Below are positions 25,899 through 34,401 of a stretch of DNA of 64,000 nucleotides, piece after piece. Below the pieces are notes generated by a model, which saw nothing but the letters and a program-made list of their open reading frames with translations, had not been told where the DNA came from and made no database searches. Source of the stretch: a virus; the IMG/VR virus record IMGVR_UViG_3300045988_171958, positions 1 through 64,000 of that record; one strand, 5' to 3'. Within the stretch, counting starts at the first letter, position 1. Each line of letters opens with the position of its first letter. The translations under genes and the position numbers were made by a program.

Positions 25899-27779
25899 AT
25901 GATAAATGAGATAGAATATAATATAGAAAATATAGCAAAAGAAGTACTTGGTGATGATTTTAAGTTTAGAGAGAATCAACTTGAAATTATTGCAAAGATA
26001 GTACGTAATTGCATAGACGAGAAAAGTAATCACCAGACTCATTTGGTTCAAGCACCTACTGGTACTGGTAAGTCAATAATCTTAATAATATCTGCATTAG
26101 TACTTGCAGAATGTTACAACAAGAAGAGTTTTCTTCTCTGTTCTGATCTTTCTTTGTGGAAGCAATATGATGACTTTATTGATTCACATAAAAAGCTGAA
26201 ATATAAGATTGGAAGAATAAAAGGATCTGCAAATTATGTTTGTCAGAAAAACAACAAAGAAGTCAATAAAGGAGAATGCAAGATAGCTAAGGTTTCTTGG
26301 AAAACTTTGATTAATCCAGAATTAGCTGATGATTGCGGATATGATTGTGCAAGATGGTGCCCTTACATTAAAGCAAGAAAGCAAGCTATGCGATCTGATA
26401 TTACTATCATGACGTATCAGATGTATTTCAGAGCAGTAGCTGGTCATATAGAAGTAAATCCAAATGCTTGGTATGTTCGTCCTATTGTATTTTGTGATGA
26501 GTGCCATAATATTCCTAATTTGCTTCAAGGTTCATATTGTCCACAATTGAAAGATACAAATCTTTCTAAGTTGTTGCACATATATGATTATGCAATAAGT
26601 TTGAACAATGATATGTTTGCTGATGAATGGCAAGAAGAATTGTCAAGTCTTTCAACAGATATTTCTTGTTCACATAATCAGTTGAAGGATAATCTTGAAG
26701 CTTTATTCAATTCTATATATGAATGTAATGACAATACTGTTCTTGACAGAATAAAAGAATATGCTTATAAGATTAGTATGTTCAATGGTGTTGTAGATAA
26801 GATAATGGAAAAACTTTCTGCAAACATCAAAGGAAAGGGTTATGTTTCAAGTACAGAATATGAAGTATATGAAGAATGTGAATGGCAAAAGAGGCATGAA
26901 ACTATGCTTAAAAATTACTTCAATATTGTTGCTGTAGAAGAAAATAAGGATTATGTTGTTGTAACACCAAATGAACATACTATAGAAATGTTCAACCATA
27001 AAACTGGAAAGGTTGCTAAAAAGAAGGAAAAGACTATCGATTTACAATGTGCAAAAGAAGATTATATTGCACAAGCATTTTTGTTACAAGGGCCAGAACA
27101 TGTTGTTATGACTTCTGCAACTATAGGAAATATGGGTAGTTTTTCTGAAAACCTTGGTATTGTTGATCCATTAGAGGATAATCTTCCATCATTGTTTGAT
27201 TTTACGAACAGTCCTATATATGTTCTTTCAAGATGGAAAATGAGTCAGAAATTCAAAGATGAAAGTTTTCCACATGTACAAGCTGCTACTTATGAGCTTT
27301 GCAACAGATATAAGAATAAGAAAGGAATAATCCAGACTTGGACTTATGATCTTGCAAAGAAGATATATGAAGAAGCTCCACAAGAATTGAAGGATAGAAT
27401 GCTTTTGTATAATGATGCAAAAGAAAAGAGAGATTTGATAGATTACCATAAGAATACCGATTCTGATACAATATTGGTTGGTCCAACATTGAATGAAGGT
27501 ATTGATTTACCAGGAGATGAATGCAGATTCATCATTATGATTAAGATGCCATATCCATATCTTGGATCTAGACTAGTTCAACGTAAGAAAGATTTGTATG
27601 ATGGGTGGTATCAAAATGAAACATTGCGAACTATTATTCAAAGTATTGGTAGAGGTGTAAGATATGATGGTGATTGGTGTCAAACCTATATCTTGGATGG
27701 CAGTTTTAACTTCTGGTTTTATCAGATGAAATCTTCAATCCCATTAGAAACACAAAAGAGATTCAAATTCTATAGTTAA
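25899..27779 (+). CDS. DinG/XPD (Rad3)-family Fe-S helicase
   Basis: Walker A QAPTGTGKS, DEAH-like box FCDECHN, a four-Cys cluster (C..C...CGYDCARWC) between motifs I and II, and C-terminal GPTLNEGIDLPGDECRFIIMIKMPYP. Confidence 0.75.
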   Translation: MINEIEYNIENIAKEVLGDDFKFRENQLEIIAKIVRNCIDEKSNHQTHLVQAPTGTGKSIILIISALVLAECYNKKSFLLCSDLSLWKQYDDFIDSHKKLKYKIGRIKGSANYVCQKNNKEVNKGECKIAKVSWKTLINPELADDCGYDCARWCPYIKARKQAMRSDITIMTYQMYFRAVAGHIEVNPNAWYVRPIVFCDECHNIPNLLQGSYCPQLKDTNLSKLLHIYDYAISLNNDMFADEWQEELSSLSTDISCSHNQLKDNLEALFNSIYECNDNTVLDRIKEYAYKISMFNGVVDKIMEKLSANIKGKGYVSSTEYEVYEECEWQKRHETMLKNYFNIVAVEENKDYVVVTPNEHTIEMFNHKTGKVAKKKEKTIDLQCAKEDYIAQAFLLQGPEHVVMTSATIGNMGSFSENLGIVDPLEDNLPSLFDFTNSPIYVLSRWKMSQKFKDESFPHVQAATYELCNRYKNKKGIIQTWTYDLAKKIYEEAPQELKDRMLLYNDAKEKRDLIDYHKNTDSDTILVGPTLNEGIDLPGDECRFIIMIKMPYPYLGSRLVQRKKDLYDGWYQNETLRTIIQSIGRGVRYDGDWCQTYILDGSFNFWFYQMKSSIPLETQKRFKFYS

Positions 27780-27786
27780 AATATTC

Positions 27787-28140
27787 ATGAAACTTACAAC
27801 ACTTGTAAAATTAAATGAAATGAAGGCAACTATGATATTTAATGATATTGTAGTTGAAGGAGATGAACAATCTCCATTACAAAAATTTTTCAATAAGCAT
27901 GGTATTGTACCAGAAAAAATAAGTCCAGATTCTAAAGTAAATCAAATTGGATTTTCAGAAAAGGAACAAGCTTGGTATGGGTGGAGTCACCGAGCTATCT
28001 ATGGATTCAAAATTGGAGCTAAAGCAGGTCCTGGTAAAGTTGGATATGAAACATTGAAACAAGAGAATGGACCATTAGAAGCAAAAACATTAGATGATTG
28101 TAAGAAGATGGCTATGGCTTTTGCTAAAGAAATATCATAG
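27787..28140 (+). CDS. Hypothetical protein
   Basis: 117-aa ORF. Confidence 0.7.
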   Translation: MKLTTLVKLNEMKATMIFNDIVVEGDEQSPLQKFFNKHGIVPEKISPDSKVNQIGFSEKEQAWYGWSHRAIYGFKIGAKAGPGKVGYETLKQENGPLEAKTLDDCKKMAMAFAKEIS

Positions 28141-28145
28141 AAATT

Positions 28146-28182
28146 TTTGAAATTTCATATAAAAAATCTATATTTATTTTGT
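28146..28182 (+). promoter_or_regulatory. Extended Bacteroidota-type promoter
   Basis: TTTGAAAT at 28146-28153 and ATCTATATTTATTTTGT at 28166-28182. Confidence 0.5.
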
Positions 28183-28220
28183 ATATTATTTCATAAGTTA
28201 ATTTTTAAAACAAAATAAAT

Positions 28221-29027
28221 ATGGATTTTTTGGATTTTATTAAAGAAAGTTCACCAAAGTTAAATAAGATTCTTGAAACAGAATATCAGAATTATCTGAA
28301 TTTTCAGAAACCATTGGAATTCTTGAAGGTAGGACATATCTATGAATGCAATTCTATCAGGTATGGAGGTGGCGGTGGTAGATTCATTATTACTGCGGTT
28401 GCTCCATTCCTTAAGAAAGGTTGCAATATCTCAGATCCTGAACCTATATATCATATCATTTCATTGAATGAATTGGATGAATATGACCCAAGAGAAGATG
28501 ATGTTCATTGGGAGACAATAGATAAGATTTATGAAATGGTCTTGACAGATGTTACAGATGAATATGAAGATAATGATAAGATATTCAATTGGATTCACCC
28601 AAAACCATTCTGGGAATTCTATTGGGATGTAGATAAGAAAAGGATATTCAAAGTGCATACATCAACTTGGTCTTATCCTGATGGATGGTGGAATGGTGAC
28701 AGATACAAACCAAAGAGATGCCACAGAGCAGAATGTTATGTGCAACCATTATATGTAGATGAAGTAAACAATACAATTGAAGCAGAATGTTCTTATTCAT
28801 TAATTAGATTAGGTGCAGACAATACATGTTGGTGTGTCGATACTGGAAAGAAAAGAATGGGTGGATATTGTGATGGAAGATTTGAAGGTAAGTTCAATAA
28901 GAGAAGTGCTTGTTCAAGAGTAATTGGAGTACCTTACTTCAGAATGCTTGATAAAGTGTTTAAGACAAAAGAAATTGAATATGTTACATCATTCAAACCT
29001 TATCCATTTACTTCATTGTCACTTTGA
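28221..29027 (+). CDS. Hypothetical protein (Cys-rich C-terminal half)
   Basis: 268-aa ORF. Confidence 0.75.
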   Translation: MDFLDFIKESSPKLNKILETEYQNYLNFQKPLEFLKVGHIYECNSIRYGGGGGRFIITAVAPFLKKGCNISDPEPIYHIISLNELDEYDPREDDVHWETIDKIYEMVLTDVTDEYEDNDKIFNWIHPKPFWEFYWDVDKKRIFKVHTSTWSYPDGWWNGDRYKPKRCHRAECYVQPLYVDEVNNTIEAECSYSLIRLGADNTCWCVDTGKKRMGGYCDGRFEGKFNKRSACSRVIGVPYFRMLDKVFKTKEIEYVTSFKPYPFTSLSL

Positions 29028-29053
29028 TTCATTATATATAAAAACAAAAAGAA

Positions 29054-29698
29054 ATGCAAAAGAAAGTATTATATATCTATGGTTATGGTAGTTCACCAGA
29101 ATCAAGTACATGCAAATGGCTAAAGAATAATCTTCCAAATACAATTGTATATAGTTTTGGATATGTTCAGACAGATCCAGAAAATTCTATTCCGTATTTA
29201 TGTTCTTTAGTAGAAGAATTAGATATCGATATTATGATTGGGTCAAGCCTTGGTGGGTGGTATGCTATGCATGTTGCAAGTATTTGTTCATTACCAAGTA
29301 TTCTCATTAATCCTGTTACAGATTCTACTTTAGAGCAAGTTGTAAATTATGTTTCAAATCATGATAGTCATGTTGTACGGAAATTAGTAAAATATTCCAA
29401 AGAACATCCATTATTTGAAACAAAAGAACATTGGACTGGATATCGATGGGATAATGCAGAAAATGGATATTATTCTGTGTTAATTTGGAGTGATAATGAT
29501 GAAGTTATTATTAATAGCAATGATATTTCAACAGAATTAAAAGAGAATTTCTTAACCAAGTGCATAGTAAGAAATGGTAAGCATCAACTTACAAATGAAG
29601 AAAAGGAGAAGTATATTATTCCTTATTACAATAAATTAGTAAATGAAATTATTCCAAAAGTGAATAATTTTTATAAAAATACAATGATAATGCCATGA
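29054..29698 (+). CDS. YqiA/UPF0227-like alpha/beta hydrolase (esterase)
   Basis: LYIYGYGSSPESS plus the nucleophile elbow IGSSLGGWYA. Confidence 0.55.
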   Translation: MQKKVLYIYGYGSSPESSTCKWLKNNLPNTIVYSFGYVQTDPENSIPYLCSLVEELDIDIMIGSSLGGWYAMHVASICSLPSILINPVTDSTLEQVVNYVSNHDSHVVRKLVKYSKEHPLFETKEHWTGYRWDNAENGYYSVLIWSDNDEVIINSNDISTELKENFLTKCIVRNGKHQLTNEEKEKYIIPYYNKLVNEIIPKVNNFYKNTMIMP

Positions 29699-30387
29699 TT
29701 AAGCTGTCAGAATATGTGAATGAACATTTCGTAAATGGCACAAACAAAACACAAATAAAAGAATTGTTAGACAAATACTATCCTCAAATAAAAGAAGTGA
29801 TAGATGATGGATATAGAGATATTGGTGGTGCTATAGGATTTGGTGATAAAGAAAGTATATTGAATGAATCAGATTTTTGTAAATTATACAGAGATAAAGA
29901 GGGAAACATTTTAGCTGTATCATTCTATGCAGATAAAAGACATCCTAATCGCCACCAATTATGGCTTAAAGATGATAGAAAACAGAACAGAGGAAGAAAG
30001 ATATGTTGTTGTGCTGCTAGAAAAGGATATTCTGAATACTTGAAGAAAATATTGGTTGAAGATTTTAAAATCACAAATAGAAATGTATGGGGTGAATTCT
30101 CATCAAAAGCAGCGACATTTGCAATGAAATGTGGAGCATTGCCTATTCCAGTAAATGCAGCACAATCAATACTTTCTGATAAGATATTTTCTGATAAGAA
30201 GGATGATGGATATTTCTATACAAGAGAAATAGGTGATGAGAAACAAAAGCATACAAAAATTCTTATGGGAAATCATCTTTTCTATAGTCATAATATTGAT
30301 GAGAAGCTTACTGAAGAAGAAATTCAGAAGTTTAAAGAATTGGCAAAGAAATATGAAGTAGAAGATAAGGAACTAAACCATATTTAA
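29695..30387 (+). CDS. Hypothetical protein
   Basis: 230-aa ORF overlapping the upstream stop by 4 nt. Confidence 0.75.
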   Translation: MIKLSEYVNEHFVNGTNKTQIKELLDKYYPQIKEVIDDGYRDIGGAIGFGDKESILNESDFCKLYRDKEGNILAVSFYADKRHPNRHQLWLKDDRKQNRGRKICCCAARKGYSEYLKKILVEDFKITNRNVWGEFSSKAATFAMKCGALPIPVNAAQSILSDKIFSDKKDDGYFYTREIGDEKQKHTKILMGNHLFYSHNIDEKLTEEEIQKFKELAKKYEVEDKELNHI

Positions 30388-30388
30388 T

Positions 30389-31414
30389 ATGACAGAAAAA
30401 CAATTGAGATATACTCCTACATTATTTATATTGATAATGGGAGCTAATGCTGAAATTTGTAAAGATTTTACATTTGAAGATGAGTTTAATTTAGCATTAG
30501 AAACATGGGCTAAAGAGCTTCCAGAGAATGTTAGTATTGTGTATTATGATGGTGGAGCTTATATGAAATCTGAGTTCAAACAATATAAAGATCATGAAAA
30601 TGTTTGGTATTTGCATCTTGCTTGTGAAGATGATATGCAATATACATTTAAGAAAACTTGGATGGCATATAGTTTTATTGCTGATAGGTATTCTCCAGAT
30701 TGGATATTCAGAACTAATACAAGCACTTATGTGAATATCAGAGTTTTAAATGATTTCATAATGAAATATGCTGATCCAAAAATTACTTATGGGTCTGATT
30801 TGTATTCTCTATCTGAAGCTTGTTGTCCTTATCCACTTTGCATATATCCAAGAGGAAATGGAATTCTTACAAGTAAGGAAGTATATGATAAAGCAATTAT
30901 AAAGAATGGTATTTCTTTTTCTTATCAGACTATTTGCGATGATATCGTATTTGGAAATCTGATCAACACTTACAACATCAATGAAGGTAGAAAATATATT
31001 GACTATATTGGTGGATTACCACATGCATGGTATAAGTGTGTAGACCAAATATTTGACAATGGTCATAAATGGAGTAAATATGGTGATTATAATTTGAATT
31101 ATAATGACTTTGTAACTATTACTGTCAAGAAATATCGAGAAAGAGAGAAGGAAAAAGAACATTATCTTGAACTCCATAAAGAGATAAAATCAGATCATTT
31201 GATGAATATTGTAGAACCAATATGGACAAATGAAATGCTTGAATACACTAAGTCACCTAGTATTTTTATAGGTTCTATTATTAATTATATAAACCTAGAA
31301 GAATGGAAAAATTTTGATAAAAATAAATTATTCTTAATGGAAATTTGTAATAAAGCTTCTGATGATGCTGAACATTACAAATATAAAGAAATCCAAGGAT
31401 ACAATTTTTTCTAA
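30389..31414 (+). CDS. Hypothetical protein (weak Fringe/GT31-like resemblance, DDD motif absent)
   Basis: 341-aa ORF. DWIFRTNTSTYVNIRVLNDFI only loosely resembles ..DDDtYvn..L. The product is not supported. Confidence 0.7.
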   Translation: MTEKQLRYTPTLFILIMGANAEICKDFTFEDEFNLALETWAKELPENVSIVYYDGGAYMKSEFKQYKDHENVWYLHLACEDDMQYTFKKTWMAYSFIADRYSPDWIFRTNTSTYVNIRVLNDFIMKYADPKITYGSDLYSLSEACCPYPLCIYPRGNGILTSKEVYDKAIIKNGISFSYQTICDDIVFGNLINTYNINEGRKYIDYIGGLPHAWYKCVDQIFDNGHKWSKYGDYNLNYNDFVTITVKKYREREKEKEHYLELHKEIKSDHLMNIVEPIWTNEMLEYTKSPSIFIGSIINYINLEEWKNFDKNKLFLMEICNKASDDAEHYKYKEIQGYNFF

Positions 31415-31418
31415 AATT

Positions 31419-31455
31419 TTTGAAATAAACAATAAAAGTTCTATATTCATAATGT
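31419..31455 (+). promoter_or_regulatory. Extended Bacteroidota-type promoter (overlaps a terminator hairpin)
   Basis: TTTGAAAT at 31419-31426, N12, then TTCTATATTCATAATGT at 31439-31455. Confidence 0.45.
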
Positions 31456-31481
31456 TAATGAATGTAGAACTTTAATTTTTT
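31435..31481 (+). terminator. Intrinsic terminator
   Basis: GTTCTATATTCAT (31438-31450) pairs with ATGAATGTAGAAC (31458-31470), giving 13 bp with one G.U. Flanking AAA/TTT extend the stem, followed by AATTTTTT. Confidence 0.65.
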
Positions 31482-31487
31482 ATAAGT

Positions 31488-31733
31488 ATGAATATTTTAA
31501 ATGTAGATAAAATTTTCACTGATGCAGTAAATTCAAATATTGGACGTGCTGTTACTATAAAGAGAGTAAATGAAGAATGGAATGGTAAGGAGTTCATTGG
31601 TAATGATGTTACTGGTATTTTAGAAGGATGTGAAACTTATACAGATTATGTAAATGATGGTTCAATATCATTCTATTTGAAGGTAGATGGAAATACTTAT
31701 AATGTAACAGATAGAGATTTTTATTTTGTATAA
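31488..31733 (+). CDS. Hypothetical protein
   Basis: 81-aa ORF. Confidence 0.65.
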   Translation: MNILNVDKIFTDAVNSNIGRAVTIKRVNEEWNGKEFIGNDVTGILEGCETYTDYVNDGSISFYLKVDGNTYNVTDRDFYFV

Positions 31734-31755
31734 GTAATTATAGAGAAGTAAAAAT

Positions 31756-32130
31756 ATGAAGAATTGTACAGAATTAGATAAATTTAATTTGGAATTAGTA
31801 TTGCAAGCAATTTTATGGTATGGCACAGGTTATCATAGTCGTAATACTACCATCAAGATTGATTTGCTAAAGGATATTTTTGAAATAACTACAGCAGAAG
31901 ATTTACAGAAGCTATATAATTTGTTAGGTGATAAGTCGAATAGAATTTATGGTGTATGTTTTGCAGATGGTACAGTAGAAATGTATCCTATTAATGAATG
32001 TCCTATCTATTTTCTTTCACATGATCCGGCATTGACTAATCGTTCTATCATATATTCTTTTAAGGATGATCTTGATGATGCAGGTATTTTTGTTACAGAA
32101 TTCTTTACGGATTTACGAGATTGCCTATAA
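31756..32130 (+). CDS. Hypothetical protein
   Basis: 124-aa ORF, the last gene of the + strand module. Confidence 0.7.
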   Translation: MKNCTELDKFNLELVLQAILWYGTGYHSRNTTIKIDLLKDIFEITTAEDLQKLYNLLGDKSNRIYGVCFADGTVEMYPINECPIYFLSHDPALTNRSIIYSFKDDLDDAGIFVTEFFTDLRDCL

Positions 32131-32222
32131 ATTCTCCAGGGAAGCGCCTGGGTCACACAGGGAGCGGAAGAATATGTTTCAGTATATTCTATCAGCTAAG
32201 ACAATTTTAACGTCCTTGGCAC
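32131..32222 (+). ncRNA. Conserved GC-rich structured 3'-UTR element, copy 3
   Basis: Starts immediately after stop TAA 32128-32130. The core at 32142-32168 is identical to copy 2 over 27 nt. CCAGGGA pairs with TCCTTGG (32213-32219) with one G.U. Inner hairpin AGAATAT/ATATTCT has no T-run. Confidence 0.6.
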
Positions 32223-32224
32223 AA

Positions 32225-32256
32225 TAATTTAAGTTCTTGAACAGAACTATGAAAAC
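32225..32256 (-). repeat. Solitary partial copy of the 39-bp unit (inverted relative to the array)
   Basis: TAATTTAAGTTCTTGAACAGAACTATGAAAAC compares with the reverse-complemented unit TAACTTTAGTTCTTGAGCAGAACTGAAAGTG. Confidence 0.7.
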
Positions 32257-32257
32257 A

Positions 32258-32296
32258 AAAAAGAGAACCTTCAATTGAAAGTTCTCTTTTCTTTTA
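32258..32296. terminator. Bidirectional intrinsic terminator between convergent genes
   Basis: AGAGAAC (32262-32268) pairs with GTTCTCT (32281-32287), with an A-run upstream and TTTTCTTTT downstream. Confidence 0.65.
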
Positions 32297-32310
32297 TATT
32301 ATTTATCCTC

Positions 32311-33591
32311 TTATTTATTTTCAAGCATTGCAAGTTCTTTACTTAATGAAGAAAGAATAGCAATTTTTGTAGGATCATTCTTATAAGATTCTGCAAGTTG
32401 CTGTATCTTCATACGGCGAGATTCAATCTTTGCATCTTTATTTGCTTGCAGTTGTTCATGTATCTGTGCATAAGAATCAGGGTCTTCTTTCTTCAAATCT
32501 TCATCAATACGAGCTTGGTAGTTTTCACGAAGATTTATGTTAGTCAAAGACTTGATTTGATCTAATGCTTCATGCATGTATTCAAAATTCTGGCATTCAT
32601 TACACTTTACTTGTGCACTACGATTCCAAGTCAGTGTAACATTCTCTTTACCTTCTACAATTGTAGCAATACTACCATCTGCACATTCAAGAACTTTAGC
32701 TGTATCTACTTCACAAATGTTATTCATACCTTCTTGTACAGTAGCTACATTTGCTACAATATTCATGAAGTTAGTCTTTGTTCCACCAAACATAGTAGTA
32801 GAAAGGTTGTCACAATAAACTTTAAAGTCTACTGTATTGTTGAATGATTCATCTACAATACCATCCTTCTTAAGTTGAATACCAGATTCAGCAAGAACAA
32901 AAGTAAATGGCTTTTCACCAAAGTTAGGAGTCCAAGTAAATACAAGACTTTCATCTACCTTTTCAAAGTTAGGAAGAAGATAGTTGATAGTATTGAAAGT
33001 CTGATCTTCACACATCTTATTCTCTACTTTACCTTCTTTGATACAATAAGTAAGTCCATTTACACAGAACCAAGTTTCATCTTCATTCACAATAGCATAA
33101 GACAATGGATTGATCAGAGAATACTGTTGTGTACGTACTTCATCAACATGCATTGTACCATATACTTCTTTACAAATGTTTCTGAATTCTGGAATGTACT
33201 GGATGGATTTTAATGCTCCGGCCTTAATATACTGTACTACTTCTGATTCATTCATTTCAAGAAGCTTTTCTGCTGTCTTACAACCTTCCTTAGCAATATA
33301 ACCATAAGGATCATTAGAATTTTCAATGATCTCACATGCACTTGCAATCTTCCAACTTATCTTGTTTTCTGTTACATACTTCAGAACGGACTCTAAAATA
33401 GAAGCAATGCCATTGTCATACTTGTGGTTGCATGCTTCAGATATGAAACCATTGACAAGGCCGTAGCTTGCTGGATTTGTGTAAAGATAGCCACGATAAG
33501 ATTTCAAGAATTCCTTACCTGACTCGGTAATAGCCTCTGTCATATTGAGCTTTTCAGCAAATTGAAGGCCTTTAATCAAATTTAGATTCAT
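32311..33591 (-). CDS. Hypothetical protein (coiled-coil C-terminus)
   Basis: 426-aa ORF, monocistronic on the - strand. Confidence 0.8.
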   Translation of the reverse strand: MNLNLIKGLQFAEKLNMTEAITESGKEFLKSYRGYLYTNPASYGLVNGFISEACNHKYDNGIASILESVLKYVTENKISWKIASACEIIENSNDPYGYIAKEGCKTAEKLLEMNESEVVQYIKAGALKSIQYIPEFRNICKEVYGTMHVDEVRTQQYSLINPLSYAIVNEDETWFCVNGLTYCIKEGKVENKMCEDQTFNTINYLLPNFEKVDESLVFTWTPNFGEKPFTFVLAESGIQLKKDGIVDESFNNTVDFKVYCDNLSTTMFGGTKTNFMNIVANVATVQEGMNNICEVDTAKVLECADGSIATIVEGKENVTLTWNRSAQVKCNECQNFEYMHEALDQIKSLTNINLRENYQARIDEDLKKEDPDSYAQIHEQLQANKDAKIESRRMKIQQLAESYKNDPTKIAILSSLSKELAMLENK

Positions 33592-33706
33592 TTTAGTTTT
33601 TGGTATAATTTATTTATGACTAGGTTCGGATGAAACCGAAACACTTAATTTCTATTTTATTAAAGTACAAGATTTAATTCTTAGTTGTTTAAAAATAAAA
33701 TAATTT

Positions 33707-34360
33707 ATGATAAATTTCAATTTCATAATTGATTGCTTAGCTTCATTAAATACTATGAGGAATGATGTTGGGTCTATGAAAAACATCAATATTCTTTCTG
33801 ATATGATTAAAGAAGCTATATTGGACAATCAAACAATATATATTACAGGAATAGGTAAGCCAGGATATATAGCTCAAAAGAATGCTGCCACATTGAAATC
33901 AATAATGGTTGATGGACAATTCATAGATGCGTGCTTAGCAGGACATGGAGATTTAGGACCTATTTCAACTGACAAACCATCTTTGTTGATTGCTATGTCA
34001 AAATCTGGATGTTCAAATGAACTTTATGTGTTGTTCAAATACATGAAACAATTGCGACCAAAATGTAAAATTGCAATGATTTGCATGTCAAATGAAATGC
34101 AATTGAATAAAGTAAGGTCATGTAAAGATATTGATTTTATTTGCCATATAAAGACAGATCCAGGAGAGTTGGATGGATTTGGAATTGTACCGGCTACATC
34201 AAATATAATATTTGAAGCAGTAATGTCCACAGCTATATCTGGGGCATTCAATTCAGAAGAGCTTGGTATGGTAAACATGTGTGAAAGATTGCAAAAGAGT
34301 CATCCATCAGGAACATTGCAATCAAAAGTTACTAATCTTTTGAATACTTTAAGAAATTAA
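33707..34360 (+). CDS. SIS-domain sugar-phosphate isomerase, KpsF/GutQ-type (D-arabinose-5-phosphate isomerase-like, no CBS domains)
   Basis: ITGIGKPGYIAQKNAATLKS...AGHGDLGPI...IAMSKSGCSNEL matches G.GKSG.I..K.AAT..S...HGDLG...IS.SGE..E. Confidence 0.7.
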   Translation: MINFNFIIDCLASLNTMRNDVGSMKNINILSDMIKEAILDNQTIYITGIGKPGYIAQKNAATLKSIMVDGQFIDACLAGHGDLGPISTDKPSLLIAMSKSGCSNELYVLFKYMKQLRPKCKIAMICMSNEMQLNKVRSCKDIDFICHIKTDPGELDGFGIVPATSNIIFEAVMSTAISGAFNSEELGMVNMCERLQKSHPSGTLQSKVTNLLNTLRN

Positions 34361-34376
34361 TCTATATTAATATTGT
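34339..34376 (+). promoter_or_regulatory. Promoter-family variant
   Basis: TTTGAATA at 34339-34346 and ATCTATATTAATATTGT at 34360-34376, overlapping the SIS stop codon. Confidence 0.4.
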
Positions 34377-34401
34377 CTATATTAGTATTGATTTAAAATT
34401 G

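Noticed and set aside
33621-33642. A small GC-containing hairpin (GTTCGG-ATGAAA-CCGAAAC) in the divergent region at 33592-33706, as a possible fifth regulatory RNA element.
   Set aside because: It has only a 5-6-bp stem with a bulge, shares nothing with the four-copy core, and there is no second copy to support conservation.
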